Positions 24,467-39,287 of a stretch of DNA of 64,000 nt are shown one piece after another (the stretch's first letter is position 1; each line of letters opens with the position of its first letter). This DNA comes from Patellaria atrata CBS 101060 (lineage: Eukaryota), in assembly GCA_010093705.1 (NCBI GenBank), contig MU006089.1:353570-417569 (forward strand), written 5' to 3'. The notes under the pieces are model-generated. The model was not told the DNA's origin, searched no databases, and saw only the letters and a program-made list of their open reading frames with translations. The position numbers and the translations under genes are program-made.

Positions 24467-26879
24467 CTACTCTTCATCCAAGATTTCCTCATCCGTCTCA
24501 TCCGCATCGACCTCAGCAAGCAAATCGCGATCGATATCATCCAACTCCTCATCCCCGCCCTCATAAGCCGCAATGCTGCTATCCCTAATCTGGGCACTAC
24601 TCCTCCTCCGCGGTCCCTCTCTCCCCCTCTCCAATTCTCCATCTCTCTTCTCAGCCTCCGCCTTCGCCTCTTCCTTTTCCGCCGGGGGAACCCACTCGAT
24701 CAGGATATGGTCACCACGTTTAGCCCTCACGGGAATCAATCCGCCATCCCTCTGAAACTTTTTACTGGCCCTCTTCAACGCCCGAGCGGTCGCGGCGCTC
24801 TCTTCGCCCCAGGAGTTCTCCTCCGCCGCACAGGGTACGAGACCCGCGAATCGGGTCAGAACGCCGAATCCATCGTCCATGCCGCCGGCGGTGTCTTCCT
24901 CGCTGTCGTATCCGTCGGGGAGGAGTTTGAGTCGCTTCCACGCCCTGCTGACCCTGCCTTCGCGCTCCCTTCGCCGTTTCTCTGCACGATATAGTTCGCG
25001 GATAGAGCGGTCTAGAATGAATCGTACACGCTCGGTCCGGTATCTTTCGACGGCAATCTGGTGTGCAGTGAGAGGTCTGGAGCGCTTGTGGCTAGGCTCG
25101 GCGCCGTTGAGGGGGAGGTAAAATCCGTGTGGGGCGTGGCTCAAGGTGCCTGCACCGGTGGCGGGAGAGGGTGCGTCGAGGTTCTCCAGTTTTGATTTTG
25201 CGGCATTAGTCTGCGCGGTACGGTCGCGACGCCAGTTACCGCGGCCCGGGCCTTTCTTCACGGATAAAGTTGCTTGGGCGGGAGTTCCGGACATATCTTC
25301 GTTCAGGAGCTGGTTTATACGCATGCCAGGGGAGCTTTTGGGAGGGTGGTTATTGTTGCCTGGCCCAATCGAGCCGGATGGACTGGCTGAACGCGTCCGG
25401 TCTGTGTCTGATGGGTACTCAAGCGCGATCTTACTGGTTGGTTGAAGTTTAATCTTTGTTCCGTTCCGAGGATGGCCTTGAGTACTTGAAGGAGCGGGAG
25501 ATTGATGGTCCCCAGTAGGTGTGTTGGTGCCGTCGTCAGAGTGCACAGAAAAGATTGGGTTGTTGTTATAGCTCTTCTTGGTGCCACGTTTTGGTCCCGT
25601 GACTACTGGCGCGGTGTCACTCGCTAGAATAGCTATAGAAGTGTAAGTGAAAGCTTTGTCACAGTGAAGAATGAATAGTCTGTAGTGACTTACCGACCCT
25701 CTCCTTTTGTTTTGCTTCACCAAAATCCTGCTCGTCCTTAGTATCAACATTCTCAAGTGCCTGTTGTGCTTCATTCAGATGTTCGAATGGAGGACATTTA
25801 ACGGGCACTCCTTTCCTCTCACTTCCGGGAGGGTACTGGCCTGGGCCAAACGGGTTGTTTAGTGCAGCCTCTTCTGAGAAATCACTTTCTAAGTACCACC
25901 ACATAAGCCACATGAAAGCTGTCGCACGACTCCTGCTGCTTAATGTAGGACGCATTACTAAATCGAAGAAGTCCCGTGGCGGGTGGAAGTGTATCTCTGA
26001 GATTTTGGGTGCATATTGGGCCAGTACGAATATTAAGTTGACCGGATTCGTGCGCGGTACCGGATGAGCCCGAATCTCTTCGATCGTACTTGGTTGTTCC
26101 GTATCTTCTGTCGCTCCTTTCAGGATAGATTTGAGCCGCGGTGCATCTTGAAGTTGCTTGTAAGCGTTTGGGTCTTGTTTGGCCTGGAGGCACGGTATAG
26201 AGTGGTATGTTCGAAGCTGTGCTCTCATCTCTGGAAAGACTATGAGGGAGTCAGTATGATCGTAAAATTACATACCGAAGACATTCTTACAGTTCAAAGT
26301 TGTATTCATTCTGCCCACGTTTACCAACAAACAAACCATAGCCATGTTGATAGCAGAAGCCCTCTCTGTAAGGAGCTTGTCTTTCAGGATTTTGCTGCAT
26401 TTACTGCTCTTCGCCATAGCGTCGAGGTATATATCTGCGAAGGTGTGTCCGTAGGTGCCATCCGATACCTTGTGAAATACAGGCGTAGTATCCTCAAACA
26501 CGTACCGCAAGAAGTCATACTGTATATCCTTTCTCCAGAGGGGAACGCCGTCATCCTTCTTCAAATGCCGTATCTTGTTTCCTGAATATACCGAAGATAC
26601 GCTACCATTAGCATTGCGGCGAACGGTAGTTGTGGTAGCAGTGTACATTGGCGTTTCCGCTTGACCTTTCACAGACGAAGCCTTCGAAGGGCCATCTTCC
26701 TGGCCATCTTCGATCTCATCGGCTGGAAGGGAGCTTGGAGCTGATTTTACGGGTGTAGCAGTATCTTGCGCGCGCACATCAGGCTCTGGTTCATTTGCAA
26801 GGACATGGCGTAGGCTCGTTCGCGGGTCCGGTTGTGCTTCCTCGAAACGTTGCTGTGCGGGAGTTCCTAAGGACGCCAT
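24467..26879 (-). CDS. IES1: INO80 chromatin-remodelling complex subunit 1
   Basis: Three exons. IRHLKKDDGVPLWRKDIQYDFL, LLVNVGRMNTT, QLRTYHSIPCLQ, LQDAPRLKSILKG and RATAFMWLMWWYLE. Confidence 0.9.
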
Positions 26880-28143
26880 CTCACGCGTTTACGTCTGATA
26901 ATCGACGTTGGCGTGGATGGTAGAGGAAATTCAGGAAAGATTGGGGTTACAATCCTTTATTGTTGAGAAAATAGTCGTCCGTCCATAGTTGATTTGGTGT
27001 TTTTGGTAGCGGAAGTCCTAAAAGGAGCGATCCTTGATGTTATATTGGTCACTCCTCATACTGTCATTACCTTACGGCATTTCTTCGGTAAACGAAACGG
27101 TAATGGAAAGTCCGCTATCAGAACATTATGGGGCAAGGGGTTAAGGGGTATGCACAATGACGGTGGAAAGGTGTGTTTGAAAAGTCTTCAACTTTTCTTA
27201 TTAGACACTTGATCAATAAAAAGATTTCTCATGCAAGGAATACGCGTTGATTCTACTATCTACATTTTCCTAACGAATCACATCGAAGTGGACGAGGTGG
27301 TAGAGGTTGCGCTGAACTCCTTGATTATGTGCAATTACTTTGATCTATTATGGAGCTAGGGTGTATTGTGTTGAAGGGAGAGAGACACTTTTTTGGTGAC
27401 TCCCCTCATCTATATCATAAAACGTCGGCCATGGAGAAGACCAACCAAAAGCTCAGAGCTCCTCCCTTAGCCCTCAGCCTAAGCATGACGAATAACGCCC
27501 CTGCCGTGTGCGCGACGAAAACACTTTTGTTCTTGTATTTCCATCGCTAAACCTGATGCTGATGATAGCCCATGGTCTCCATCTAGAGACGCCACGAGCT
27601 TCCCGGACGGCTGAGATCGTTATGAACAGAAATGATGAGGAATCGCTTTTGTGCAAATGGTGAATGAAAAGACAATAAAAAAAGGGAATCGGAGATGCGA
27701 GATCTATTGACGCTGAAGGCCCCCCAAAGCAAAGGTAGAAAAGCAGAAGACGTGACATCGTAACTCGTATCTTTTCTTAACGTTTTGATCCTGATAGGGG
27801 CATTTTTGCCCTCAAGATCAGGCCCGCCACATGGCCGATGAGAACTGTGTCCATATCCCCGAACTGGCCGAAAATGCAAATCGAGTCCGAGAGCGGACGC
27901 AGGCATACGTAAGAAAATCAACGCTATCTATATGCTGATCGGGGGTATTGAAGCAAGTTTTGGACCTTCGTTGCGATCTGCCGAGTCCAGTACTGGAATG
28001 AAAGGGAAACTGTTGTAACCGGTGAAGAAAAGTGAAACCCATGACTTGAAATAAAGAAAGCCGTCCGTGGATACTTCAAGCCCGCACAAGCAAAGTGGGA
28101 GCTCGTAACCAAAGAGGCATATTGGAAGCATTTTTTGGTAGAT

Positions 28144-30246
<2,103 letters not shown>

Positions 30247-31265
30247 GTTGAGAGAAATTTTGATGGATTATCGTCTTCGTTTGTTGATGAAAGTAAACAG
30301 AGGGATCTGTGGAGTAAAACTGTAGATAGCGCAGAGCTGGTCGATGGCCTTCAAACGGGAATGAGTCAAATAGTAATTGACTGTCGAATCTAGACTGAAC
30401 TGATAGTAGAAAGTAGCAGAAACGCGCCTGAAACCGTTCGTGATAAGGGGAAGCGAGAACTCTAAAAAGATTCCTGTACTTCCAAAACGACCGATTAGAA
30501 GAGACGAAGCTACAAAAAAGCTTTTCACAAAAAGACAGAGGGAGATTTGAGGGGGATGATTATGGTTAAGAGGGGGTGTTGTGTTTAGAGAGAGGGAAGA
30601 GTGTGAGTCGGTGGCAGAAGGCAGATGGCCGCAAGACTTTTGTAGAAGACCGATTTTTTGCCAAGCTTTGAAATCTTTTTAGCGCACTTTCTAGAACTAA
30701 GCTTGAACTAACTTAGTCTACCTTATCCAACGGCCACCCACTTACGGAGGGGAGATGTTTAAAGCTGGTGAAGCAACTATTCGCCCTTGGTACCCCTTGT
30801 ACAGTACCAAAAGTCTACTCCCGCCTGAACTGATTTCACGTGTTTGTCGTTTGTATTTGGTCAGGTTCCTAAGCAAGACCTGAACAAACGAAAACTCTTT
30901 TTATTATGAAAAATGTATGCACTTGTTGTTTACTTTCGTCTCCGTTCAGCTAGATATCCCATGTTGCTCATCCTACTCGGCTAAGCACTGTGCTGTACTT
31001 GTACTTTACATGCATCGCTCGTTCAACCAAACACCGTCTCAGATATCTTTCTCCCCTTCTTCACCGCCGAGTTAGCGGACATTCAGACATCCGGCTTGTG
31101 TACAGAATACATGGCTTACCATGTTTCACCAATCACGCTAGGGAGTTAAGTAATCATCATTCATTATCGTCCATTTGTACAAAAGACACATAGCAAGTAG
31201 AAGACCACCTCAGGCAAAACAGTATTATTACCAAAGCTATCCTAAACTAGCATCAAATACGTTTA

Positions 31266-31528
31266 TCAAGCCATGTTTTTTTCTCTCCAAGTAGGAGTTG
31301 CAGGGTTTGGTCTGCTCCGTACAAACAGAACGCAAACTAACACCATGACGCCTATAAGGAGAAGCTTCTGGAAGGAAGTTAGACCTCCATCTGCTTGCCT
31401 TGTCATCTTATGTGAATTGGATAATGTTGGTCTTGTATATTGGGTCGCGACCAGCTTTTCGCCAGCGGTTACTGAGGTAACATCCAGATGGTCTCCTTCT
31501 ACGGCGGGAGATGCGTGTTCGAAAGTAT
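31266..31528 (-). CDS. Putative alternative terminal exon of cyclophilin B encoding a linker and transmembrane anchor
   Basis: Splicing from the GT at 31610 to the AG at 31529 joins in frame ...VPEE-DTFEHASP...LLLIGVMVLVCVLFVRSRPNPATPTWREKNMA*. Confidence 0.65.
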
Positions 31529-31590
31529 CTTTAAGAGACACCCAACTATCAGCGGCCCAGATAACAAGATGGGGTAAAGCAGCACCGAGT

Positions 31591-32494
31591 TTAGAGCTCC
31601 GCATGGATACCTTCTTCTGGCACCTCCAGTTCACCACTCTTCGCGATTTTAACTGTCTTCGCGGGCTTGTCGCCGGGCCCCTTAGGCACGTTCTCAATCT
31701 TATCAACTACGTCGTAGCCTTCGAGAACTTCTCCAAAGACGACATGGCGGCCGTCGAGCCACGACGTGATGACGGTGGTAATGAAAAATTGGCTGCCGTT
31801 GGTGTCTTTTCCGGAGTTTGCCATGCCTATAGATGTCAGCGAAAGTGGATTCTAACGTGAAATGTGTGGCAAGTTTGCATACTGAGAAGGCCCTTCTTGC
31901 TATGCTTCAGCTTGAAGTTCTCATCGGGGAACTTTTGACCGTAGATGGATTTCCCGCCGGTGCCTATATAATATATGAGCATTCCATTTGCATTGTATGA
32001 AGTTGTCCATGCATCCGTACCATCCCCGTTAGTGAAGTCACCACCCTGAATCATGAATTGCTTGATAACACGGTGAAATGTAGAGCCTTCATAGCCGAAT
32101 CCCTTCTCGCCAGTAGCCAATGCTCTTGAATGGAAGTCAGATTTAGTGATGCATATCCGACGGTGATATCATACCTGAAGTTTTCTGCAGTCTAGTGAAG
32201 TATAAGCGCATGATAAAGCAAAGAAGCAGGTTATGAAGAGAGGTGTACCTTTGGGACTGTTTTGCCATATAAACCCATCACAATTCTACCAAGATCCTCA
32301 TCACCATGCTTGATGTCGAAGTATACCTATGGTAAGAGAATTTTGTAAGTTTGTATATTTTGAAAGACTTGACTCGCTATTACCTTGTGGGTGATTTTGG
32401 GTCCCTTTACAGCTTCTGACGCCTGCGCGAAGTATACAAAGGTGAAGGAAATGATGACAAGTAGAGAGATAACGATCCGCTGAAGAGACGCCAT
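31591..32494 (-). CDS. cypB: Cyclophilin B (ER peptidyl-prolyl cis-trans isomerase), HAEL-terminated form
   Basis: Multi-exon gene with signal peptide, [54 protein letters not shown] and C-terminal HAEL ER-retention signal. Confidence 0.95.
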
Positions 32495-32724
32495 TTTGTA
32501 TTGTTTGTGTAGCAAAATAAGGATGATTGAGTGCGACCAGAGGAAATGGGAGGATTTAAAACGGAGGGGGAAAGTCCATACATTCCACCTGGCTCCAAAG
32601 CCTCACCGCCTTTGGGGTTCCATAGCCACTTGCAGATCTCCTTCGATACTTTGACCACACAACGAACCGACTTAAAGTATCTAGCCATTGAAGCTGCAAT
32701 CGGTAATACTTTGGTTGAGATAAT

Positions 32725-33258
32725 ATGGTAACTCCGCCCTTGAGATGAAAATTTCACCAATCTTATTGAAGTCATAGGTCTTTATATTAGGGTTCAACTT
32801 CCCGGAGCAAAAGCTCGTCAAAGTACGCACCTCCGGAACCATATCCGTATAGGAAGAATCATTTTGCGGGCATTGTCTAATACAACACAGAAAGCTCTTG
32901 AGGGTTTCTATGGCATAGGACCAAATGTTGCACGGCGCATAATGGCGCGCTTTTATATCCACGATACCGCGAAAATTGCAGAACTCTCGGACAAACAGGT
33001 TTTGGACCTGAACAGCGAACTATCCAACATGACGCTCGAGAACGATCTAAAAAGACGTCTAAGGGAAAATATCACCCGCTTGAGAGACATGGGAGCATAT
33101 CGGGGGAGAAGACACGCTATGGGTTTGCCGGTGAGAGGACAGAACACAAGGTCACAGGTATGGCTAAAAGAGGCATTCAGTTTTCCGAGAATCCAAATTA
33201 ATATACCTCATAGATCAACACAGCCAGGCGATTGAATAAGATAGAACGGAGGGGTTAA
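32725..33258 (+). CDS. SWS2: Mitochondrial small-subunit ribosomal protein uS13m
   Basis: Four exons: M-VFILGFNFPEQKLVK-KALEGFYGIG...YRGRRHAMGLPVRGQNTRSQ-INTARRLN, carrying the S13 signature. Confidence 0.93.
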
Positions 33259-35166
33259 AAGCTTGTTGTTTGACCAAACTTTGTACAATATGTATTCCAT
33301 GAGCATTGGGCGGCGTCGAAACTCGATTACGGTTACAACGATATTTGGAGTTCCCTCAATTGAAAAATTGATATAGGCGAATAGAAAGCAATTGGACTAA
33401 TATGAAGAATATATCGATATCATTCTGATATTTCAATAAGTCAAATTTGCGACGCATTATTTCTTCTTGTTTTGAAACGATAACTGAACTTAGTTGATCT
33501 GACTTGTGCAACACAACTAGTCTTCATCTTTCTCTGCAGTTTCAGTCACTCAACAAGTTATAAATTGTGGCTTCACGGCTGCACATCCTCTACTGCACAT
33601 ACAAGCTCCTTCAGTAAGCAGAGTGCATCTAATGTACCCAACGCGACCCAGAGCTACTCCAACATCTCTTCCCATTACAAAATCTAGATGCCGCCCTACT
33701 TATCATCATATGGCGCATTTCACATTGGCATCTGTAACAAGAGTCTGAGGTGGGAGGAGCCGCAGCTAAGGTACAGTAGGTTTTCCTACCTTATTGTTCT
33801 ATTTTTCATAATGAAGTCACAGTGTTTTCACGAAAAAGGGACCAATGAAACTAAATACTGCACGGCGAAGGCTGTTACTCGTCGCCCCTTTGGCCGGTTT
33901 TATTCAAGGGCTAAATCCTCCTTGGTCCTAAGGCGTTGATGTAGCCAAGCAATTTCCTCTTTAGGACTGGTTACATATTTCCGTAGAAGCGTTCGATATG
34001 CATTCGACTTATATAAAGAGTTTCTCCAACTTCCCATGGCCAGCTCTGCGTTCATAGAGTTGACTGACCTGAAAATGCGTACTTGCCTTTCCTCGCTTCT
34101 AGCTTTATTCTTCCATTCTGTCAATATTACGACAAGTCAACCTCTTGACCTCTATGAGGTAGCTAGTCCTAATGATTACTCCATGGAGCATGAGATTGAT
34201 GGCTATTGCTGCTCCGAGGGTGATGAATATAATAGAGTGTGTTGGCTCCGCGGTCACAGTCCATGTGGACGCTACTACTAATGCGAGGGTGTAGACAATG
34301 GTCAGATAATCTGTATACCTTTGGATTTTTTCATTAATTGACACCATGCAGATCCCTAAAAACCGCCAACCTATCCTTGAATTGCTGTAATACGAGTCAC
34401 TACCATGTGACATACCTCCACGGACTTTGATGATCCAAACACAATATTTCATCCTTAGGGGTTATTGCTATTATATCATCATTCTAACATATCCACTAGC
34501 CAAGAACATCCCTTATCCAACTCAGCGTAGGGAGAACTTCTGTACTTATCTCGGACTAGGAAGTAGTAGACCTATATCATGCTTTTCAGGTCCTCCTTCA
34601 TCAGGCCAGATGAAAATCACATCACCATGCGACAGAAGGGCACTGGGGTCCACTTAAAATGCCCCTATCCACGGGTACCACTCAACTCATAGTCCCGTTA
34701 CCGAATCAATATGGAGGGCTGAAGGGTGGGTTATCAGAACGAGAGGAATTCCTTGATGCTATTATGACTGGAACTTTGCCAGTGTTTAACAAGGAGGCGC
34801 CTTGCGAGATGATAACGGACTTCAAGGGGAAATAACTGGACTGACATATGAAATTAAGCGAAAGATGTTAGGCAGAGTTAGGATTATACAATTCAAAATA
34901 CATATTATGCTACGCTGTACAATTATCTATCAATTACATATCTAAATATACCACGCTATGCATCCACCAGATCCAAAAAAAACCACACAAAGTACCAGAG
35001 TGAAGATGTAACAACATATACACACCCACATGAACCCCTCACCTACGTCCCACCACTCCAAATTCCACAAACAACATCTTTCTATTTCAAAAGGGTTGGT
35101 CATAGGTTGTTTGCTACGGCGTCCGACCGTAAGCTATCTCTTTGCTCAAACCTTATATAACGGTTA

Positions 35167-38100
35167 TCACATCTCTTCCTCCCCTAAAACCTCAGCAACC
35201 TTCTCCATCCCCAAATCTCTAACCTCCCACCCCTCATCCACCCAGCCCTTGCGCTCCCCCAGTACCGCCACCCCCGCTCCCTCTAATCCCTTAACCAAAA
35301 ACTCCTCCGCGACCCTCTTAACATCACCATGCGTAATATCCAACAACCTCCCCCTCCTCACCTGAGCCATCTCATCATCAACCCCACTTAAAAACTCTCT
35401 CATACCTTCCTGCGCAACACTCTGCGGCGCATCGATGCCCTGAAAGACGCTCAACTTCGCTTCTCGCATCTCTCGCTCTCCCCACTCCTTCTCCGCAGCC
35501 CACTTGCCCGCGTCTTGCATCACCTTTAGGCTGTTCTGGGGATTGGGGTCGCGGTAGGAGTAGTACGAGAACGTGGCTCTGAGGGGCGATGCGGTAGCTC
35601 CGCCGCCGTATGCACCGCCCTTCTCGCGAATCTCGGGGTGTAGGTAGTTGTGCGTGAGGAGTTGACCGAGGAGCTGAAGGGCAGGTGACGATGCGTGGGT
35701 GTAAGGGACTGTGGGGAGTGCGAGAGCGGTGTAGTAGACTTGGTATGGGAGTGGGAAGAAAGTCTTGGTATTTTGCTGGAAAGTTAGTTGTGACGCGGTA
35801 GTTGTGAGATTTGAAGGAGTAGAGGTGGGAAGACTGGAGAGGAAGGCGGAAAGAGCCGCTTCATTTGATTTCGATGATTCGGTGTCGTTGTTAATGGCGA
35901 CACGGAGAGAGGACGTGTTGGTGAGGGCGAGAGATTGGATTTGTTTGAGTTTGGAGATGATGTCAGAGAGTGAGTTTTCAATAGGACGGGAGGCGAGGGA
36001 GGTAGTGAGTTTGACTTGTGTTAACCCTGAGGTTTGTTCTCTGAGAAGAGCTTCAGGAGTCAGCCCTGCTTGAGCGAAGGTGCGAGCGAAGGCGTGGCCA
36101 GAGGATGCGATGCTATTGATCGCACCGCTTGAAGCGCTTTGGAGTAATTCCCTAATCTTCTTCTCCGCTTCCGAGCTGTCGAAGTGGGTTTCTTGGATAA
36201 CAGTTCGTATCAGCTCGTACATATCAGGTACATTGCGATCTAGAGCATAGCCAGAGAATACGAGCCCTTCTCTAGCTTGTTGAAAGGCCAATGGCGATGT
36301 GTTTGAGTAATAATTAACGCTTATTCCGCCAGTCTTGAGTTTGATAAGTTCCTCTAACTGCTCCATTGTTTTGTCCTTGGTTCCTAGACGCATAACTGCA
36401 TCGCTGAATAGTGGAATCAATTGCCGTAACTCGTCTGGCAGATCTAGTATATTCACGGCGCGAAAGTATGTTAGGCCATTTGTTGGCGCTTCACGCCACT
36501 GAACCTTGACCTGGTCGATGCTGGAATGGCGGACTTCTTTTTTCTCCTTTTGACGTGGGATATCTTTGACGTCAAGTGTGGGTAAACAACTCAAATCCTG
36601 GTTTCTCGCATTTTCCTGGACCTCTAGTAACTCTAATTCACGCTTCTCCAAGTGCTTCCTAGCTTCTTCTTCGCTAGAAAACTGTTTTGCGGTCTCCAGA
36701 ATCTTGGAAGCAAGACGTTGGGTTTCTTCATCAACTAGTGCTTGCCCAAACGTCTCCGAGGGCACCATTGTGAACGTCAACGTTTTATCATTGAGAAGAT
36801 ACTTCTCAAGAAGATCCTCAAGGAAACGACTTTTCGCATACCGTTCTTTGAACGAATCTACCGTTTCCTGCCAAGCTAACGAATCAAACGGATCAACCCC
36901 GTTGAACCATCCAGGTTTCAGTCTCTGCATAAGTCCCATTCCAAAATTAGCAGTCTTATGCTTCAGCGCAAGCTCTAATTGATGCAAAACTCCATCAACC
37001 TTTGATGCAGGGAAGCCTTGCTCACGAACTTCTTCGAAAGTTTTGAAGATCGCTTCTTTAACCTTAGAGACATCATTTTCTTTTACACCGTTAAGTCCTA
37101 CTGAAAACATAGCTTGTTTACCCGAAGGATCAAATCCAGAGTTGGGGCTCCAGTCTGTCCCTAGTCCGGCTTCAATCAGATTCCTGTACAAGGGCGAGCC
37201 ATAGCCATCTGTAAGAAGAGATGTCATAACACCAAGGGAGAACATCTCGACAACGTCCGATGTATCACCCAGGGCCCATGTGGTCGAGGTCTTATACTGT
37301 GCATCTGCTGGTACTAAAGGATCGATTGGACCATTAACAGTCACGTTGAGAGGCCCGTTGGATAAGTCAATTGGTATCTTAATGTCGCTATCGACAGGAA
37401 TTCTTTCAAAGTTCCACAGATTTCTATCGATTTCTTGTAGATGGTCCTCTAAAGGCAAGTCTCCATAAGTGAAGATTTTCGCATTGCTAGGATGATAGTG
37501 GTCCGCATGGAATTTTTTCAATTGTTCGTGCGTAAGATCAGTGATGTTCCGAGGATCGCCTCCAGAATTATTGATATCCGGAAATAGATGGTCCTGGAAT
37601 CGGATGTAGTACAAGTAACCGGAATCCGACATTTGCCCCTTCATCTCGTTGTATACTACTCCTTTAAACACAAGTCTCTGCTGTTCCGGATCTTGCGATT
37701 TGCCTCCCCCCGCCGCAAGGGGATTCTCTGGCCCTATCCTCCATCCTTCCTGGGTGAAATCATGCTCCTGAAGTAAAGGCTTTAACGTCGCATCCAAGTA
37801 GACGGACATGAGGTTCTTGAAATCCTGTGCATTTGTTGTCGCAAAAGGATAGCTAGTATGATCTGACGATGTAAATGCATTCATGAAATTGGACAGCGAT
37901 CGCGGAAGCATCTTAAAGAAGGGGTCGCGGACCGGATATCTGACACTAATTAGTACCGTTTTCATAACTTGTGGACAGTGCTTACTTTTCGCTCCCACAT
38001 AAGGTGGTATGCTCCAGAATATGGGGTACCCCAGTGTCATCCGGAGGATTCGTCTTGAACCCGATTGAAAAGACATTATTGGGATCTTCTCGGGCAACAT

Positions 38101-38335
38101 GGAGGTATTCGGCGCCAGTTTTCTCGTGTTGAAGATGGTATGCGGTCAACTGCAGCTCAGGCACATGCTTAGTGCGTTGTAATGTGAACCCATGGAGATG
38201 CTCTCCTGGCTTAAGATTACTATTGCGATCAGTTAAAGTAGCATAACCTCGAGGACAAGTCCGAATCGGCGTCGACCGCAGATATGGTATAACTAGTCGC
38301 GGAGCAGATGTTTTCATCTGAACAGCTCGCAGCAT
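35167..38335 (-). CDS. CYM1: Mitochondrial presequence protease (pitrilysin family M16C)
   Basis: Two exons. Presequence-like N-terminus, inverted zinc motif [35 protein letters not shown] and YRDP. Confidence 0.95.
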
Positions 38336-39287
38336 GACCATATGAAATCGGAGCAATCCAGAGAAGTAGAATGAGAGCGGTCAAAGATTTGAAGATGAAG
38401 TTCTGAGATACATACTGTAATTCATCATTGGCATATGGAAATTTACCTTACGGCCCGACATCTTCAAGACCCCTGCACCTTGGCGACCTTTTCCCGCATA
38501 ATACATGATTTTGGAAATGTAATTTTAATGCATTTTTATGTAATGTGTGATTTAGCGTAATTAATTGCACGTTAAAGGGATAGCTGTTGCGCCAACCAGA
38601 CCTGGCAGTACCTTACGGTAAGACGGATGGCGAAGGGGAGGGATACGGGGTAGAAAGTAGAAACGCTTTGCATTTCCACGCAGAGAATTGCATCTGTCAT
38701 TTTGTTGTCAATCTATCGATAGGCCAAACGGATCTCCCCAGTTTTCTGTTAATTATTGAGATACAAACGTCCCCTACATCTGTTTCACCATCACCAACGC
38801 CGGCTTGAGGTAGACATCAAAGTGATAAATTGACCATCACAGCGCATTGAAGCCCACAAGGCACGTGAGGAGCGCGATACCTCTCACTTCTAAGGCATCA
38901 TAAGGATTAAAAGATTACGTCCGTCTTTAGAGTTACCTTTAAGATACTGTGACTATTTCTTTTGCTTCATTGCCCGTCCTGGAAGTGTGAGCACACGTAT
39001 AATCCTGCATCGACAAGCCCAAGACCGGATCTGTGCGTATTTGCAAGAATCGACCGAAGACCGACCTAACCTAAGGACTCGCGCTCTCCAGACTCCCTCC
39101 CGCTTCCAAACTGCGACATTTCAATCGCATATCAAAGGAACGATAACAAACTGTCATATGTGATCGCATAGTAGAAATAGCCGCAGAGAAAGACGATACC
39201 GTTTAGTCAAGAGATTGGTCTTTACATCCAACTTACGGGTTCAGTATTTAGAGTGTCTGGACTCCACTCTGGACTTCTCTCTGGACA

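Noticed and set aside
27632..27716. ATGATGA...CTGA, a possible C/D box snoRNA
   Set aside because: No terminal stem or recognisable rRNA-complementary guide; lies antisense to the presumed DED1 3' UTR.
33900..34630. Possible small minus-strand membrane-protein gene (hydrophobic LALVVASTW...IIFITLGAAIAINLML segment, intron-like signals)
   Set aside because: No consistent spliced model or family could be built; may be a decayed gene.
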